Assembly (NCBI GenBank): GCA_963717145.1
Contig: OY970325.1
Coordinates: forward strand, 2,304,001-2,368,000
Length of the DNA: 64,000 bases
From: an uncultured Armatimonadetes bacterium
Lineage (GTDB): Bacteria; Armatimonadota; UBA5829; DTJY01
Direction of reading: 5' to 3'
A program made the position numbers and the translations under genes. Below are positions 53,501-62,201 of the stretch, piece by piece. The notes under the pieces are model-generated. The model saw nothing but the letters and a program-made list of their open reading frames with translations. It was not told where the DNA came from and made no database searches. Positions within the stretch are counted from its first letter, which is position 1. The number at the start of each line of letters is the position of its first letter.

Positions 53501-55816
53501 AACACCCCCGTCAGCATCGTCTCAGACCAGACGACGCAAGCCGCAGGAACGTACATCCGGTCAGGAACGCTTCAAGTGACCATCGTGCCTTCGGAGGCAG
53601 TCACGGCGGGCGCGCAGTGGCGGCGCGTTGGGACGAGTACCTGGCGCAACAGCGGGACATATGAAGGTGGTATACCGTACGGGCAGTATCTGGTCGAGTT
53701 CAGGGAGATCGGCGGATATGTGAAGCCCAACAACATCCCGGTTGCCTTCAGTACAAGCTCGCTGTGCCGTATCATGGCGGAATACCGATCGCCTGGTTTG
53801 GTAGTCGCCTGGGGCGGCAACGGTGACGGCCAGTGCGATGTGCCGTCTCCGAGCACCGAGTTTGTGGCCGTTGCCGCAGGGCATTCTCACAGTCTGGCGC
53901 TCGGACTGGACGGCTCGATCGCTGCCTGGGGAAGGAACGACAACGGCCAGTGCGACGTGCCGTATCCGAACGCAGGTTTTGTGGCCGTTGCCGCAGGAGT
54001 CGCCCACAGCCTTGGGCTGAGGTCGGACGGCTCGATTGTCGCCTGGGGATCAACTACCAGCGTGCCGTCTCCGAACTCCGGGTTCGTGGCCGTTGCCGCA
54101 GGAGTCGCCCACAGCCTTGGGCTGAGGTCGGACGGCTCGATTGCCGCCTGGGGATCGGGTGCCAGTGTGCCGTCTCCGAACGCAGGTTTTGTGGCCGTTG
54201 CCGCAGGAAGCGTCCACAGCCTGGGACTCAGATCGGATGGCTCGATTGCCGCATGGGGAAGTAACACCTACGGCGAGTGCAGCGTGCCGTCTCCGAACGC
54301 CCAATTCGTGGCCGTTGCCGCAGGAGGCCATCACAGCCTGGGGCTGAAGTCGGACGGCTCGATCGCTGCCTGGGGATACAACGTGCACGGCGAGTGCAAC
54401 GTGCCGTATCCGAACACAGAGTTCACGGCCGTTGCCGGAGGAAGTTGGCACAGCCTGGGACTCAGGTCAGACGGCTCGATCGCCGCCTGGGGATTCAACG
54501 ATGACGGCCGGTGCAGCGTGCCGCCTCCGAACACAGAGTTCACGGCCGTTGCCGCAGGAAACACGCACAGCCTTGCACTGGTCAAGCAGGGTGCCCTTCG
54601 AGTGACCATCGAGCCACCGGAAGCAGTCACTGCGGGCGCGCAGTGGCGGCGCGCAGGAACGAGTACCTGGCTGAACAGCGGAGCCACCGAAAGCAACATT
54701 CGCGTAGGCAGCTATTCGGTCGAGTTCAAGGATGTCGTGGGATGGATCACGCCTACGCACATCCACGTTAGCATCGCCGCCGACCTGACAACGGAAACCG
54801 CAGGAACCTACATCCCGACAGGCGCCCTTCGGGTTACCATCCAACCCTCGGGAGCAGTCACTGCGGGCGCGCAGTGGCGGCGCGCAGGAACGAGTACCTG
54901 GCTGAACAGCGGAGCCACCGAAAGCAACATTCCCGTAGGCAGCTATTCGGTCGAGTTCCGGTATGTCGTGGGATGGATCAAGCCTGCGAATATCGCCGTG
55001 AGCATCACCGCCGCTCAGGCAGCGGAAGCCGCCGGAATGTACGTCCCGACAGGCGCCCTGCGGGTTACCATCCAACCCTCGGGAGCAGTCACTGCGGGCG
55101 CACAGTGGCGGCGCGTAGGCACGAGTACATGGCGTAACAGCGGAGTCACGGAGAGCAGTATCCCTGTTGGCGACTACACCATCGAGTTCAAGGACGTCGC
55201 CGGATGGGTTAGGCCCGCGGGCACTCCAGTCAGCATAGCGTCGGGTCAGACCACCCAGGCCGCCGGTATGTATGCCGCAGCAGTGACCCTCGGCGCGGCG
55301 AAGGGATCAGCACACGGGACGTCTGTGAGCTTCAAAGACGGGATAGTCACGGCTGTTGTTGATGGCGGCATCTACGTCGAGGCCGTTGACCGAAGCGCTG
55401 CGGTACGAGTGACCGGCGCAACATCGGTCGCTGTTGGTGACAAGGTAGAGGTCACTGGAGTAATGGACAGGACCGGTATCGAACCGGTCATATCTGCGAG
55501 TGTACTCCGAATCATGGAAGCGGGCGCGGGAGTCCCAACACCGCTGTATGCAGGTGGCCGCGACCTGCTTGCCGAGCCCGACTCGATAGGGAAGAGGGTG
55601 CATGTCTGCGGTCAGGTGGGGCAGGCGCTGTCCGGTTCCTTCCTGGTGGATGACGGCTCGGGCAAGCCATCGAGATGCATCATGCCGGACGGAGCATCGT
55701 TCAACACTTCAGCCACGTTCGTATTGGTGACGGGCGTCGTCTCAGTCGAGTTGCGGGAGGGCACGCCCCAGCCGGTGATACTGATCCAGGCCGCCGGTGA
55801 CCTGGTCTACCCGTAG
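50552..55816 (+). CDS. Large secreted repeat protein: FG-GAP/VCBS propeller, FN3-like, two RCC1-like propellers, seven PEGA-like spacers, C-terminal domain
   Basis: Signal peptide; 7x WGDYDNDG; 2x7 HSLGL-x-SDG-x4-WG repeats; 4+3 GAL-x-VTI-x-P...GAQWRR units; start may be ATG 50564 or 50576. Confidence 0.85.
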   Translation: MITAMIHRMGLLLTSITVCILLLSAIPCHAGFLDISAGLPGARHSSVAWGDYDNDGDLDLALAGDTGAGYICSIYARSGGAFSLAISLTGVTDSSLAWGDYDNDGYLDLAVAGNTGSGCVCKVYRNILSGSSRTLSEAASLAGVCDGSLAWGDYDNDGDLDLSVAGSGTAAVYEYDSGAFTNINADLPGVSLCSLAWGDYDNDGDLDLALAGSTGTERISRIYRNTNGTFADISAGLTGVANCSLAWGDYDNDGFLDLALVGETVAGSAGVCTVYRNVAGGSDRTFSPMASLTAVYYASLAWGDYDNDGDLDLAVSGRRAGTVSQLTCVYQNSGGSFSAAHTVTGVCWCSIAWGDYDNDGDLDLATAGWGYEGSSWQYMSRIYRNDSAVLNTVPSAPAGLSATVNADELTMSWSAATDTQTPADGLSYNIRVGTTPLGGNIFSGMASSLGLRRLPATGNAQKKLTWTVKGLSAPQVYCSVQAVDTAFAGSPWSSSATAYQLPCSIAAWGSNTSGQCSVPSPNSRFVAVAGGHSHSLGLKSDGSIAVWGGATNVPSPNSGFVAVSAGVDYSLGLKSDGSIVAWGVNNYGQCNVPSPNSGFVAVAAGWGHGLGLRSDGSIATWGDNEEGQCSVPSPNTGFVAVAAGWYHSLGLRSDGSIVAWGQNLSGECNVPSPNSGFVAVAAGGWHSLGLRSNSSIAAWGNNYYGQCSVPSPNTGFVGVDGEYGHSLGLRSDGSIAAWGWNNVGQCNVPSPNAGFTAVAAGGQHCLALVEPGALRVTIQPSEAAAAGAQWRRLGTSTWYSSGDMESSIPTGDYTVEFKDIAGWDKPTNTPVSITYGQTTQAAVTYIPHPGALQVTIQPSGAVTAGAQWRRVGTSTWLDSGATESSITVGDYTVEFKDVAGWDKPANTPVSIVSDQTAEAGGTYVQRPGALRVTIQPSEAVTAGAQWRRVGTSTWLNSGATESSIPVGSYTVEFKDVGGWIEPANTPVSIVSDQTTQAAGTYIRSGTLQVTIVPSEAVTAGAQWRRVGTSTWRNSGTYEGGIPYGQYLVEFREIGGYVKPNNIPVAFSTSSLCRIMAEYRSPGLVVAWGGNGDGQCDVPSPSTEFVAVAAGHSHSLALGLDGSIAAWGRNDNGQCDVPYPNAGFVAVAAGVAHSLGLRSDGSIVAWGSTTSVPSPNSGFVAVAAGVAHSLGLRSDGSIAAWGSGASVPSPNAGFVAVAAGSVHSLGLRSDGSIAAWGSNTYGECSVPSPNAQFVAVAAGGHHSLGLKSDGSIAAWGYNVHGECNVPYPNTEFTAVAGGSWHSLGLRSDGSIAAWGFNDDGRCSVPPPNTEFTAVAAGNTHSLALVKQGALRVTIEPPEAVTAGAQWRRAGTSTWLNSGATESNIRVGSYSVEFKDVVGWITPTHIHVSIAADLTTETAGTYIPTGALRVTIQPSGAVTAGAQWRRAGTSTWLNSGATESNIPVGSYSVEFRYVVGWIKPANIAVSITAAQAAEAAGMYVPTGALRVTIQPSGAVTAGAQWRRVGTSTWRNSGVTESSIPVGDYTIEFKDVAGWVRPAGTPVSIASGQTTQAAGMYAAAVTLGAAKGSAHGTSVSFKDGIVTAVVDGGIYVEAVDRSAAVRVTGATSVAVGDKVEVTGVMDRTGIEPVISASVLRIMEAGAGVPTPLYAGGRDLLAEPDSIGKRVHVCGQVGQALSGSFLVDDGSGKPSRCIMPDGASFNTSATFVLVTGVVSVELREGTPQPVILIQAAGDLVYP

Positions 55817-55960
55817 TACCAACCGCCTTCCAGATGGTCCGACGCAGGTCGGGCAGAGCCGGGGAGCCAATCCCATATTTGAAGAGTGAGGCAGAGCAGT
55901 TGTATAATTGCTCTGCCTTTTGTGTTACAGTGGCTCTCGTCAGCGGCGGTAGCGCGCAGA

Positions 55961-56007
55961 TGGAGAACATCCTGGCGATATATGAGGAAGCGACGGGCAA
56001 GAGGCTG
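55961..56007 (+). repeat. Diverged direct repeat of the 3' end of the URO-D gene (50291-50337)
   Basis: 47 bp with 5 mismatches, all synonymous third-codon positions. Confidence 0.85.
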
Positions 56008-56038
56008 TTCAAGACGCTTCACGATGGGAACGACCCTT

Positions 56039-56117
56039 GAAACTGGGTGGGTGGGCGGGTACAAACTCCGGAAACGGCAGAACATCGGAGTTTGTACCCG
56101 CCCACCCACCCAGTTTC
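56039..56117. repeat. Long intergenic palindrome
   Basis: GAAACTGGGTGGGTGGGCGGGTACAAACTCCG...CGGAGTTTGTACCCGCCCACCCACCCAGTTTC. Confidence 0.85.
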
Positions 56118-56146
56118 CCAGTATGATCAAGCGATAGGAGAAGCGC

Positions 56147-57565
56147 ATGACTACAGAACTAGAGACCCCAAGCACCGAAGCAACCGAAAAACTGAACCTG
56201 AAATACGTCTGGACCATATCACTCGTCGCCGCGCTCGGCGGCCTGATGTTCGGCTACGACTGGGTGGTGGTCGGAGGGGCGAAGCTCTTCTACGAGAAGT
56301 TCTTCCATCTCACCGACCCCAATCAGATCGGATGGGCCATGAGCTGTGCCCTGGTCGGATGCCTGATCGGCGCATTGGCCGCGGGGGCGCTGAGCGACAA
56401 GTTCGGGCGCAGACGGCTGCTGATCGCGGCGGGGTTCATCTTCATCTACTCCTCAGTGGCGATCGCCCTCACGCGGGATTTCAATGCATTCGTGCTCTAC
56501 CGGATACTCGGCGGAATCGCCATCGGTCTGGCCTCCAACCTCTCGCCGGTCTACATCGCCGAGATCGCGCCCGCCCACATGCGAGGCCGACTGGTCGCGG
56601 TCAACCAGCTCACCATCGTCATCGGAGTGCTGCTTGCACAACTGGTGAACTGGCTCATCGCTCAGCCCATGGTTCCCGGTGCGACCGACCAGGCGATCCT
56701 GGCCTCGTGGAACGGGCAGATCGGCTGGAGATGGATGTTCGGCGCAACCGCCGTTCCCGCCACGCTCTTCTTCGTACTATCGTTCCTGATCCCGGAGAGC
56801 CCCAGGTGGCTGGTCAAGAACGGCAGCGACACCCGCGCCATGCATGTCCTGGAGAAGATCGGAGGGGCATCATACGCCGCGCGATCGCTCGTCAGCATCA
56901 AGGACACTCTGGTCAACGAGATCGGGAAGGTGAACTTCCGCGACCTCCTGCAGCCGAAGACGATGCGGATCATAGTCATCGGGGCGACGCTCGCCGTGCT
57001 CTCGCAGTGGAGCGGCATCAACGTGATACTCTACTACGGCCAGGAGGTCTTCACGGCGGCGGGCTATAAGGTCTCGGACATCCTGTTCAACATCGTCATC
57101 ACGGGCGCGGTGTTGCTCGTCTTCACGTTCGTCGCCATCGGAACGGTCGACCGAGGCGGGCGGAAGATACTCCTGCTGATCGGTTTGGCTGGCCTCACCA
57201 TCATCCACTCGGCCATCGGGTACTGCTTCCGCATCGAGAGCCAGGGCCTGCACGTCCTGATCCTCATCATGGCGGCGGTCGCCCTCTATGCGATGTCCCT
57301 CGCGGCGATGACCTGGGTGGTGCTCTCCGAGATATTCCCCAACCGCATACGTGGGGCGGCGATGTCGATCGCAGTGTTCGCGCTCTGGGCGGGCAATTTC
57401 GGGCTGACCTACTCGTTCCCGCATCTCCAGAAATCAGTCGGCGCGTCAGGCGCATTCTGGGTCTACGCGGCGATCTGCGGCGCAGGGTTCATCTTCGTCT
57501 CCCTCTGCATCCCCGAGACCAAAGGCAAGACCCTCGAGGAGATCGAACGGGAACTGGTCGACTGA
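56147..57565 (+). CDS. Sugar porter family MFS transporter (XylE/GalP-like)
   Basis: GGLMFGYD, DKFGRR, PESPRWL, SEIFPNRIRG, PETKGKTLEEI. Confidence 0.95.
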   Translation: MTTELETPSTEATEKLNLKYVWTISLVAALGGLMFGYDWVVVGGAKLFYEKFFHLTDPNQIGWAMSCALVGCLIGALAAGALSDKFGRRRLLIAAGFIFIYSSVAIALTRDFNAFVLYRILGGIAIGLASNLSPVYIAEIAPAHMRGRLVAVNQLTIVIGVLLAQLVNWLIAQPMVPGATDQAILASWNGQIGWRWMFGATAVPATLFFVLSFLIPESPRWLVKNGSDTRAMHVLEKIGGASYAARSLVSIKDTLVNEIGKVNFRDLLQPKTMRIIVIGATLAVLSQWSGINVILYYGQEVFTAAGYKVSDILFNIVITGAVLLVFTFVAIGTVDRGGRKILLLIGLAGLTIIHSAIGYCFRIESQGLHVLILIMAAVALYAMSLAAMTWVVLSEIFPNRIRGAAMSIAVFALWAGNFGLTYSFPHLQKSVGASGAFWVYAAICGAGFIFVSLCIPETKGKTLEEIERELVD

Positions 57566-57773
57566 TGCAGCTCGCGACCTGGCCTCAGGCGGATTGGAGC
57601 AGGATCAAACCGTTCCGCCACCCCGTCCGCCGAATTCGAGTTTGCAAAGAGCAAGTTGCCTAAGTCATTCCACGCATACCGCGAAGGATGATACTGTTTT
57701 TTCTACCAGGGATTGAGGATTCGTCGTCCGACGTTGGATATTCGCTGATTGATCCCGGGGGTGTCCGGCCAAC

Positions 57774-59330
57774 TCAACGGGAGTGGCCTTCCGAAACGGT
57801 GCTGGTCTGGGAAGGCGAGGAAGGCGAGAAAGGTGAGTACGGTGCTCTTTCCTCTGCCACCAGCAAGTCAGGGGCAGTCTGCGCGACATGGATATCGGCC
57901 AGCGATAGCTGCTGATCATCAGCGGACCTGCCGTAATGCTCCAACAACCGACGAACTGCCGTGGATGGCTTCGTACCGTTCCTGTGCTTGAATCTATGGT
58001 CAAGAAGAAGTCCAAGGAACTCATCCCGTTGGGTGTCAGACAGATCGCTAAGCTCCCGCCACCAGCGCTCGGTCGTCCCGTTGTTCTTATGGGTCCTTCG
58101 ATGGATGATGTAGTCTTCCGGCATCAGCAGAATCTTATGGAACTCGGTCACGTCTGCACCAAAGGCTGCGTTGAAGAAGTCTAGGCGGTGGGTGACGGCG
58201 CCGTATGTAGGTATTAGAATACACTGTATTGCTCGGAGAGATTTGCGATTCCAGTTTCTTCCTACATTTCCGGGTGTACTTGTTAAGCGATCCTTGCTCT
58301 GCAGATCAACATAGCGCATTGGAAACGAAAACAGCTGGATGCCCAAGTCCTGATTGAGCTCGACGTTGAGCTTGAGCCGCTCATAAAGGTCCTCAGGCCT
58401 GTCATGATAGTTGTAGAGCACATAGTTCGACAGCCTGCGAATTCCATGCTTCACCGCAAGCCGAACCTTCGATTCGTATAAGTCCTTGTCTGCGATGCTG
58501 TCGAAGGCGAGACGTAACGGCTGGATGGCAATCTCGCTGAGAAGCCCTGCATTCGTGTCGGACAGCAGCCGCATATCTACCCCTTGGTTGAAATCGACTC
58601 TGCGGCGCAGGGATATGGTCTGCCCTGCTTTGCCTTCACGCTTGAGGACCTCTCCCCGACCGAATCCGGAGAGCTTGATCTGTTCTACAATATCGGCAAA
58701 GCGCGTCGAAGCGAGTACATTGTTATCGAGTAGAACAAGATCTCTCTTCTTCCCATATCGCTGGTCTATCTCGGCCATGTGGTCAGCCAGGGGGATGTAG
58801 TCTTTGAACTCGGGCTCTATCTTGTGTACGGCACAGAACGAGCAGCGTCTGATGCAGCCACGAGTAGCGTATGCAAAATACGCGTCAGAGACCGGATACT
58901 CAACTGTATCCAAGAGGCTGTAATCGGGTAGCAGCGAATCAATCAGGCCGTCATCCTCGTATCCCAGCTTGCCGTTCTCATCCAGGAGCTGCTCTACTAC
59001 TCGGCAAGAGACCGATGTCCTGATATCATTGGCCATGAGGGTTGCCATAACTCCGCCGACTACCAGATTCTCGGCTGCGGGCTCTTTCACACTCTGCTGA
59101 TAGTACTTGAGTGCCCCTATGGTGTGAGCCCAATGGTAGGTGAACAAGCTTGAGACATAGACTCGGTCCCACTTCTCTTGGCGGTCGCGCTTCGTCGGGT
59201 CCAATCCCTTCACGAATTCGACGTGGTCACCTTTCCCCCTGTGATACTGGGAGATCTTCATCAGACCCAGCGGAGGGTACTTCTGCTTGTAGGCGGGATC
59301 GACGAGAAGAACATGTCGCTGGTTATGCAC
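57774..59330 (-). CDS. Radical SAM protein with B12-binding-like N-terminal region
   Basis: YPPLGLMKIS N-terminus; TRGCIRRCSFC CxxxCxxC; LLDNN, DFNQGVD, RLAFD. Confidence 0.85.
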   Translation of the reverse strand: MHNQRHVLLVDPAYKQKYPPLGLMKISQYHRGKGDHVEFVKGLDPTKRDRQEKWDRVYVSSLFTYHWAHTIGALKYYQQSVKEPAAENLVVGGVMATLMANDIRTSVSCRVVEQLLDENGKLGYEDDGLIDSLLPDYSLLDTVEYPVSDAYFAYATRGCIRRCSFCAVHKIEPEFKDYIPLADHMAEIDQRYGKKRDLVLLDNNVLASTRFADIVEQIKLSGFGRGEVLKREGKAGQTISLRRRVDFNQGVDMRLLSDTNAGLLSEIAIQPLRLAFDSIADKDLYESKVRLAVKHGIRRLSNYVLYNYHDRPEDLYERLKLNVELNQDLGIQLFSFPMRYVDLQSKDRLTSTPGNVGRNWNRKSLRAIQCILIPTYGAVTHRLDFFNAAFGADVTEFHKILLMPEDYIIHRRTHKNNGTTERWWRELSDLSDTQRDEFLGLLLDHRFKHRNGTKPSTAVRRLLEHYGRSADDQQLSLADIHVAQTAPDLLVAEERAPYSPFSPSSPSQTSTVSEGHSR

Positions 59331-60302
59331 TCATGCCTCCTCACCGAAGAACTCTTGTGTTGCCCCGACGTTGTCAACTGGTTCTTCTGTTTCCCAATCT
59401 CCACACGGTTCCCGCACAATCGTTTCATCGGTTGCTCTTGAACTCATGCCCAAGAGGAAATCACGGGCCGTCTGTGTCTCCTTTGGAAACGCAAGGCGTC
59501 TGGGGTCGTACCTACACAGTATCGTAAAGTGCAGCATCGGACTGCCGGGTGTGTGGCCCACATACTTCACCATAGGAAGAAAATGCGTGCTTATCGCCCG
59601 CCCATTGCAGTAGTCCCTCATCATAGTAAAGACAAATGCCTTTAGATGAGCGGAACTCCTAACCATCTGCTGCTGTCCATCGCCACCCCGTGCGAGAGGT
59701 GGCAGTCCTTGCAGATAAGTGTGGGTCGCCTCAGGCAAGTCGGCACGGTTTGCCAATTCGTCCAGTATCGCGATCTTGCAGTCCTCGCGAATCGTGAGCA
59801 GGATCACAAAGCGTGGGTCTCCCCCATTCCGCAGCAGATCCTCCTGAATCGACGTTAGACTCCTCAATGCCGCAAAACGCAGGCATTTCTCGCCACCTGG
59901 CTGTTTTATCTTTCCCGTGATGGCATTGCAGAAATCGAGGTTGAACAAGGTGACGACCTCATCAAGCCCAAATGCCTCGTTGTTGTCATCCCTGCCAGAC
60001 AGGAACGCGCTTTCCAGGTACCCCGTAAACACCCTGCTCGGGATCCCTGTTCTCCGCAAGGTAGCTGTGAGGTCGATTAGGTTCTGACGGGGATTCCGTA
60101 ACCGTCTGTCCTCAAGCTCAAACGCTATGACACGTCTGATCATGTTCCGCCAGAGCAAGATATCCAAGGCCTCCGGGCCGGGCAGTCCGCAGTATAGATA
60201 GTCTCTGTGGAATTGGTCACGTATGGCCTGAAGAACTGGGGTATTCCATACCGACCGGACGGTCTCTTTTCTGGGGGAGTTAGTTGACGCAGCGGCAGAC
60301 AT
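59331..60302 (-). CDS. Hypothetical protein, probable class I SAM-methyltransferase-like fold
   Basis: YCGLPGP (motif I-like), VIAFE (acidic strand-2 end), FNLDFCN (strand-4 motif); overlaps upstream stop (TGATG). Confidence 0.55.
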   Translation of the reverse strand: MSAAASTNSPRKETVRSVWNTPVLQAIRDQFHRDYLYCGLPGPEALDILLWRNMIRRVIAFELEDRRLRNPRQNLIDLTATLRRTGIPSRVFTGYLESAFLSGRDDNNEAFGLDEVVTLFNLDFCNAITGKIKQPGGEKCLRFAALRSLTSIQEDLLRNGGDPRFVILLTIREDCKIAILDELANRADLPEATHTYLQGLPPLARGGDGQQQMVRSSAHLKAFVFTMMRDYCNGRAISTHFLPMVKYVGHTPGSPMLHFTILCRYDPRRLAFPKETQTARDFLLGMSSRATDETIVREPCGDWETEEPVDNVGATQEFFGEEA

Positions 60303-61909
60303 CAGGCTCGCTCCTCCAGATACTCCCGAAGTGCCTCCAGCTCAGCGGTGTACTGATCTGGCGACAAATGCGGTTTGACAAGACGATCATCAATATAAGC
60401 AACAGCAAGCCTCATCGGCTCCGTGACGACAATATCGAGGGCTTCCAGTGCATCGGTCAACGTGCGCGGACGGTCCTCCCTATGCGCGGTCTCTTCTTCT
60501 GTCGGCTCCTCGCCCTCGCGATCAGCCACTCGGTCAACTAGGTCTCTCGGCTTCACCTTCTTCTTCTGGCTGAGAATGCCCTGGATACCCTTCTCAGCTT
60601 CGTCCAAGACCTCGACAGCCTGCTCAAGACGGTCTTTCCTATCCTTCGCCAGGATGGGCTTATATAGGCTGAGCGCTTTCCTGATGTTGGCCAACTCCAC
60701 AATGAGCTTCATGAGTTCATCAACGTCGGTCCTGACTTCAGGCAACAACTTGTTGATCGCAAACACACGGGGCTGCGCCTCGTCGAGAACCTCATAGGCC
60801 TTCAGCTGATTCTGAATCTTGGTACCCCATGTCTGCAGTTCGGAGATGACTTCAGACAGCGCAACCCTGAAGCGCCCGCGAGTTTCGTTGTTCTCGAAAT
60901 CAGATCGGGCAGCATTGGGAACTAGGTCCCGATGCTGGGCAATGACCTCGCCTGTCATTCGACGATACAGGACCGTCTTGCTGAAATATGGCTCGAGGTA
61001 CTCCCGGTTCGCGATGGAGAAGCCGTACTTCTTGACCAAGAGCCCCCGAAGCTCTCTATCACTCAGAACCGTCCTTGCATCGTTGAGGCATGCCCAAACG
61101 AAGCCAAAGTGCTCTTTGGTTTCTCGATCAGTAATATTGGATATTCTCGGCTCGAACTGGCCACCGTGGACAAACACATCGTCGGTGTATGGTCGGTACA
61201 ATGGCGACGCCTGAGTACCTACGCGCAGGACGAGGTCCACTACCCTGTAATCTGTGTCCTTGAATTTCTTGGTGATCACGTCGCGGTATCTGAAATCAGG
61301 AGCGAATGGAAGAGGGACCGTGTTGCGCAGGTAGGCTCTGACTGCACCCAAGTCGGCCAACTGCCTGGATACGGCCGCTCTGACACCTATCATCATAACG
61401 AGCGTGCCTGGACGCTGCAATGGTGCTTCTTGGTCGTCGTCAACTGCCACCGCCTGGCTCATCATCTTCTCGAGATGGAGGCTGCTTGGTCGGCCTAGCT
61501 TACGCTTCTCTTCTTCGTCCTCCAGCATGTCGCGAACATCGCGGAACGCCACCGTGATGATTGAGGCAGAGCCGTCCTCGTGTCGAGTATGGATCTCCAG
61601 GTTATCGCAGAGGTTGAAACTGCTGTAGATACCGATTCCCCGAAAGCCCACATTGTCCAAAGGGTTCTTGTCCGACATTCCCAGTCGGATTGCACTTATA
61701 GCGCCATCTCGGGTCATGCCGATTCCGTTATCTCGGACCGACACCACGTCCTTGGTCAGCTCTATCTCAATGCGCGATGCTTTCGCGTCGATAGAATTCT
61801 GGATGTACTCCCTAAGGGCATCAAGCGGATCCCTGTATAGCCCACTGGTAAGTGCAGGGAATAGCTCGGCTCCGATGTCCTCCGGGGCAAAACGTCTTAT
61901 TGGACTCAT
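60302..61909 (-). CDS. MORC/Hsp90-type GHKL ATPase with S5-like domain and helical tail
   Basis: REYIQNSIDA, DNGIGM, GFRGIG, GT Bergerat motifs; GEV...LVPNAARSDFE; GGAGG before ATG 61909. Confidence 0.85.
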   Translation of the reverse strand: MSPIRRFAPEDIGAELFPALTSGLYRDPLDALREYIQNSIDAKASRIEIELTKDVVSVRDNGIGMTRDGAISAIRLGMSDKNPLDNVGFRGIGIYSSFNLCDNLEIHTRHEDGSASIITVAFRDVRDMLEDEEEKRKLGRPSSLHLEKMMSQAVAVDDDQEAPLQRPGTLVMMIGVRAAVSRQLADLGAVRAYLRNTVPLPFAPDFRYRDVITKKFKDTDYRVVDLVLRVGTQASPLYRPYTDDVFVHGGQFEPRISNITDRETKEHFGFVWACLNDARTVLSDRELRGLLVKKYGFSIANREYLEPYFSKTVLYRRMTGEVIAQHRDLVPNAARSDFENNETRGRFRVALSEVISELQTWGTKIQNQLKAYEVLDEAQPRVFAINKLLPEVRTDVDELMKLIVELANIRKALSLYKPILAKDRKDRLEQAVEVLDEAEKGIQGILSQKKKVKPRDLVDRVADREGEEPTEEETAHREDRPRTLTDALEALDIVVTEPMRLAVAYIDDRLVKPHLSPDQYTAELEALREYLEERA

Positions 61910-62201
61910 GTCGGTTCCCTCCAAATGAAGCGGCTGATAGGCCAGCGAATATCAAGCCGGCACCAGGATAACCAAGAATACCATCATAGACCCACGTCAT
62001 GCAAGAACACTGGGAAAGGGGTCCGGCTGCCCGGCTCGTGAAAGAGACACGCGTCCGGTGGGTAAACCTCGCCACGGCCACTTGTGAAGAGGTCACGGCG
62101 TGAAGTACCTGTTCCGGCGATCATCATCCATGCAATCGTGGACGGAGGGTGACATCGCTCCCGATGCACCGGGTGATCTTCTCGGTCATCACCCACCATG
62201 C

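Noticed and set aside
52060-54590. CRISPR- or DGR-like nucleotide repeats
   Set aside because: They are in-frame protein repeats; no reverse transcriptase or separate template repeat is in the window.
57566-62201. Prophage or integrative element boundaries around the ATPase/radical SAM operon
   Set aside because: No integrase, tRNA or direct repeats found by eye.
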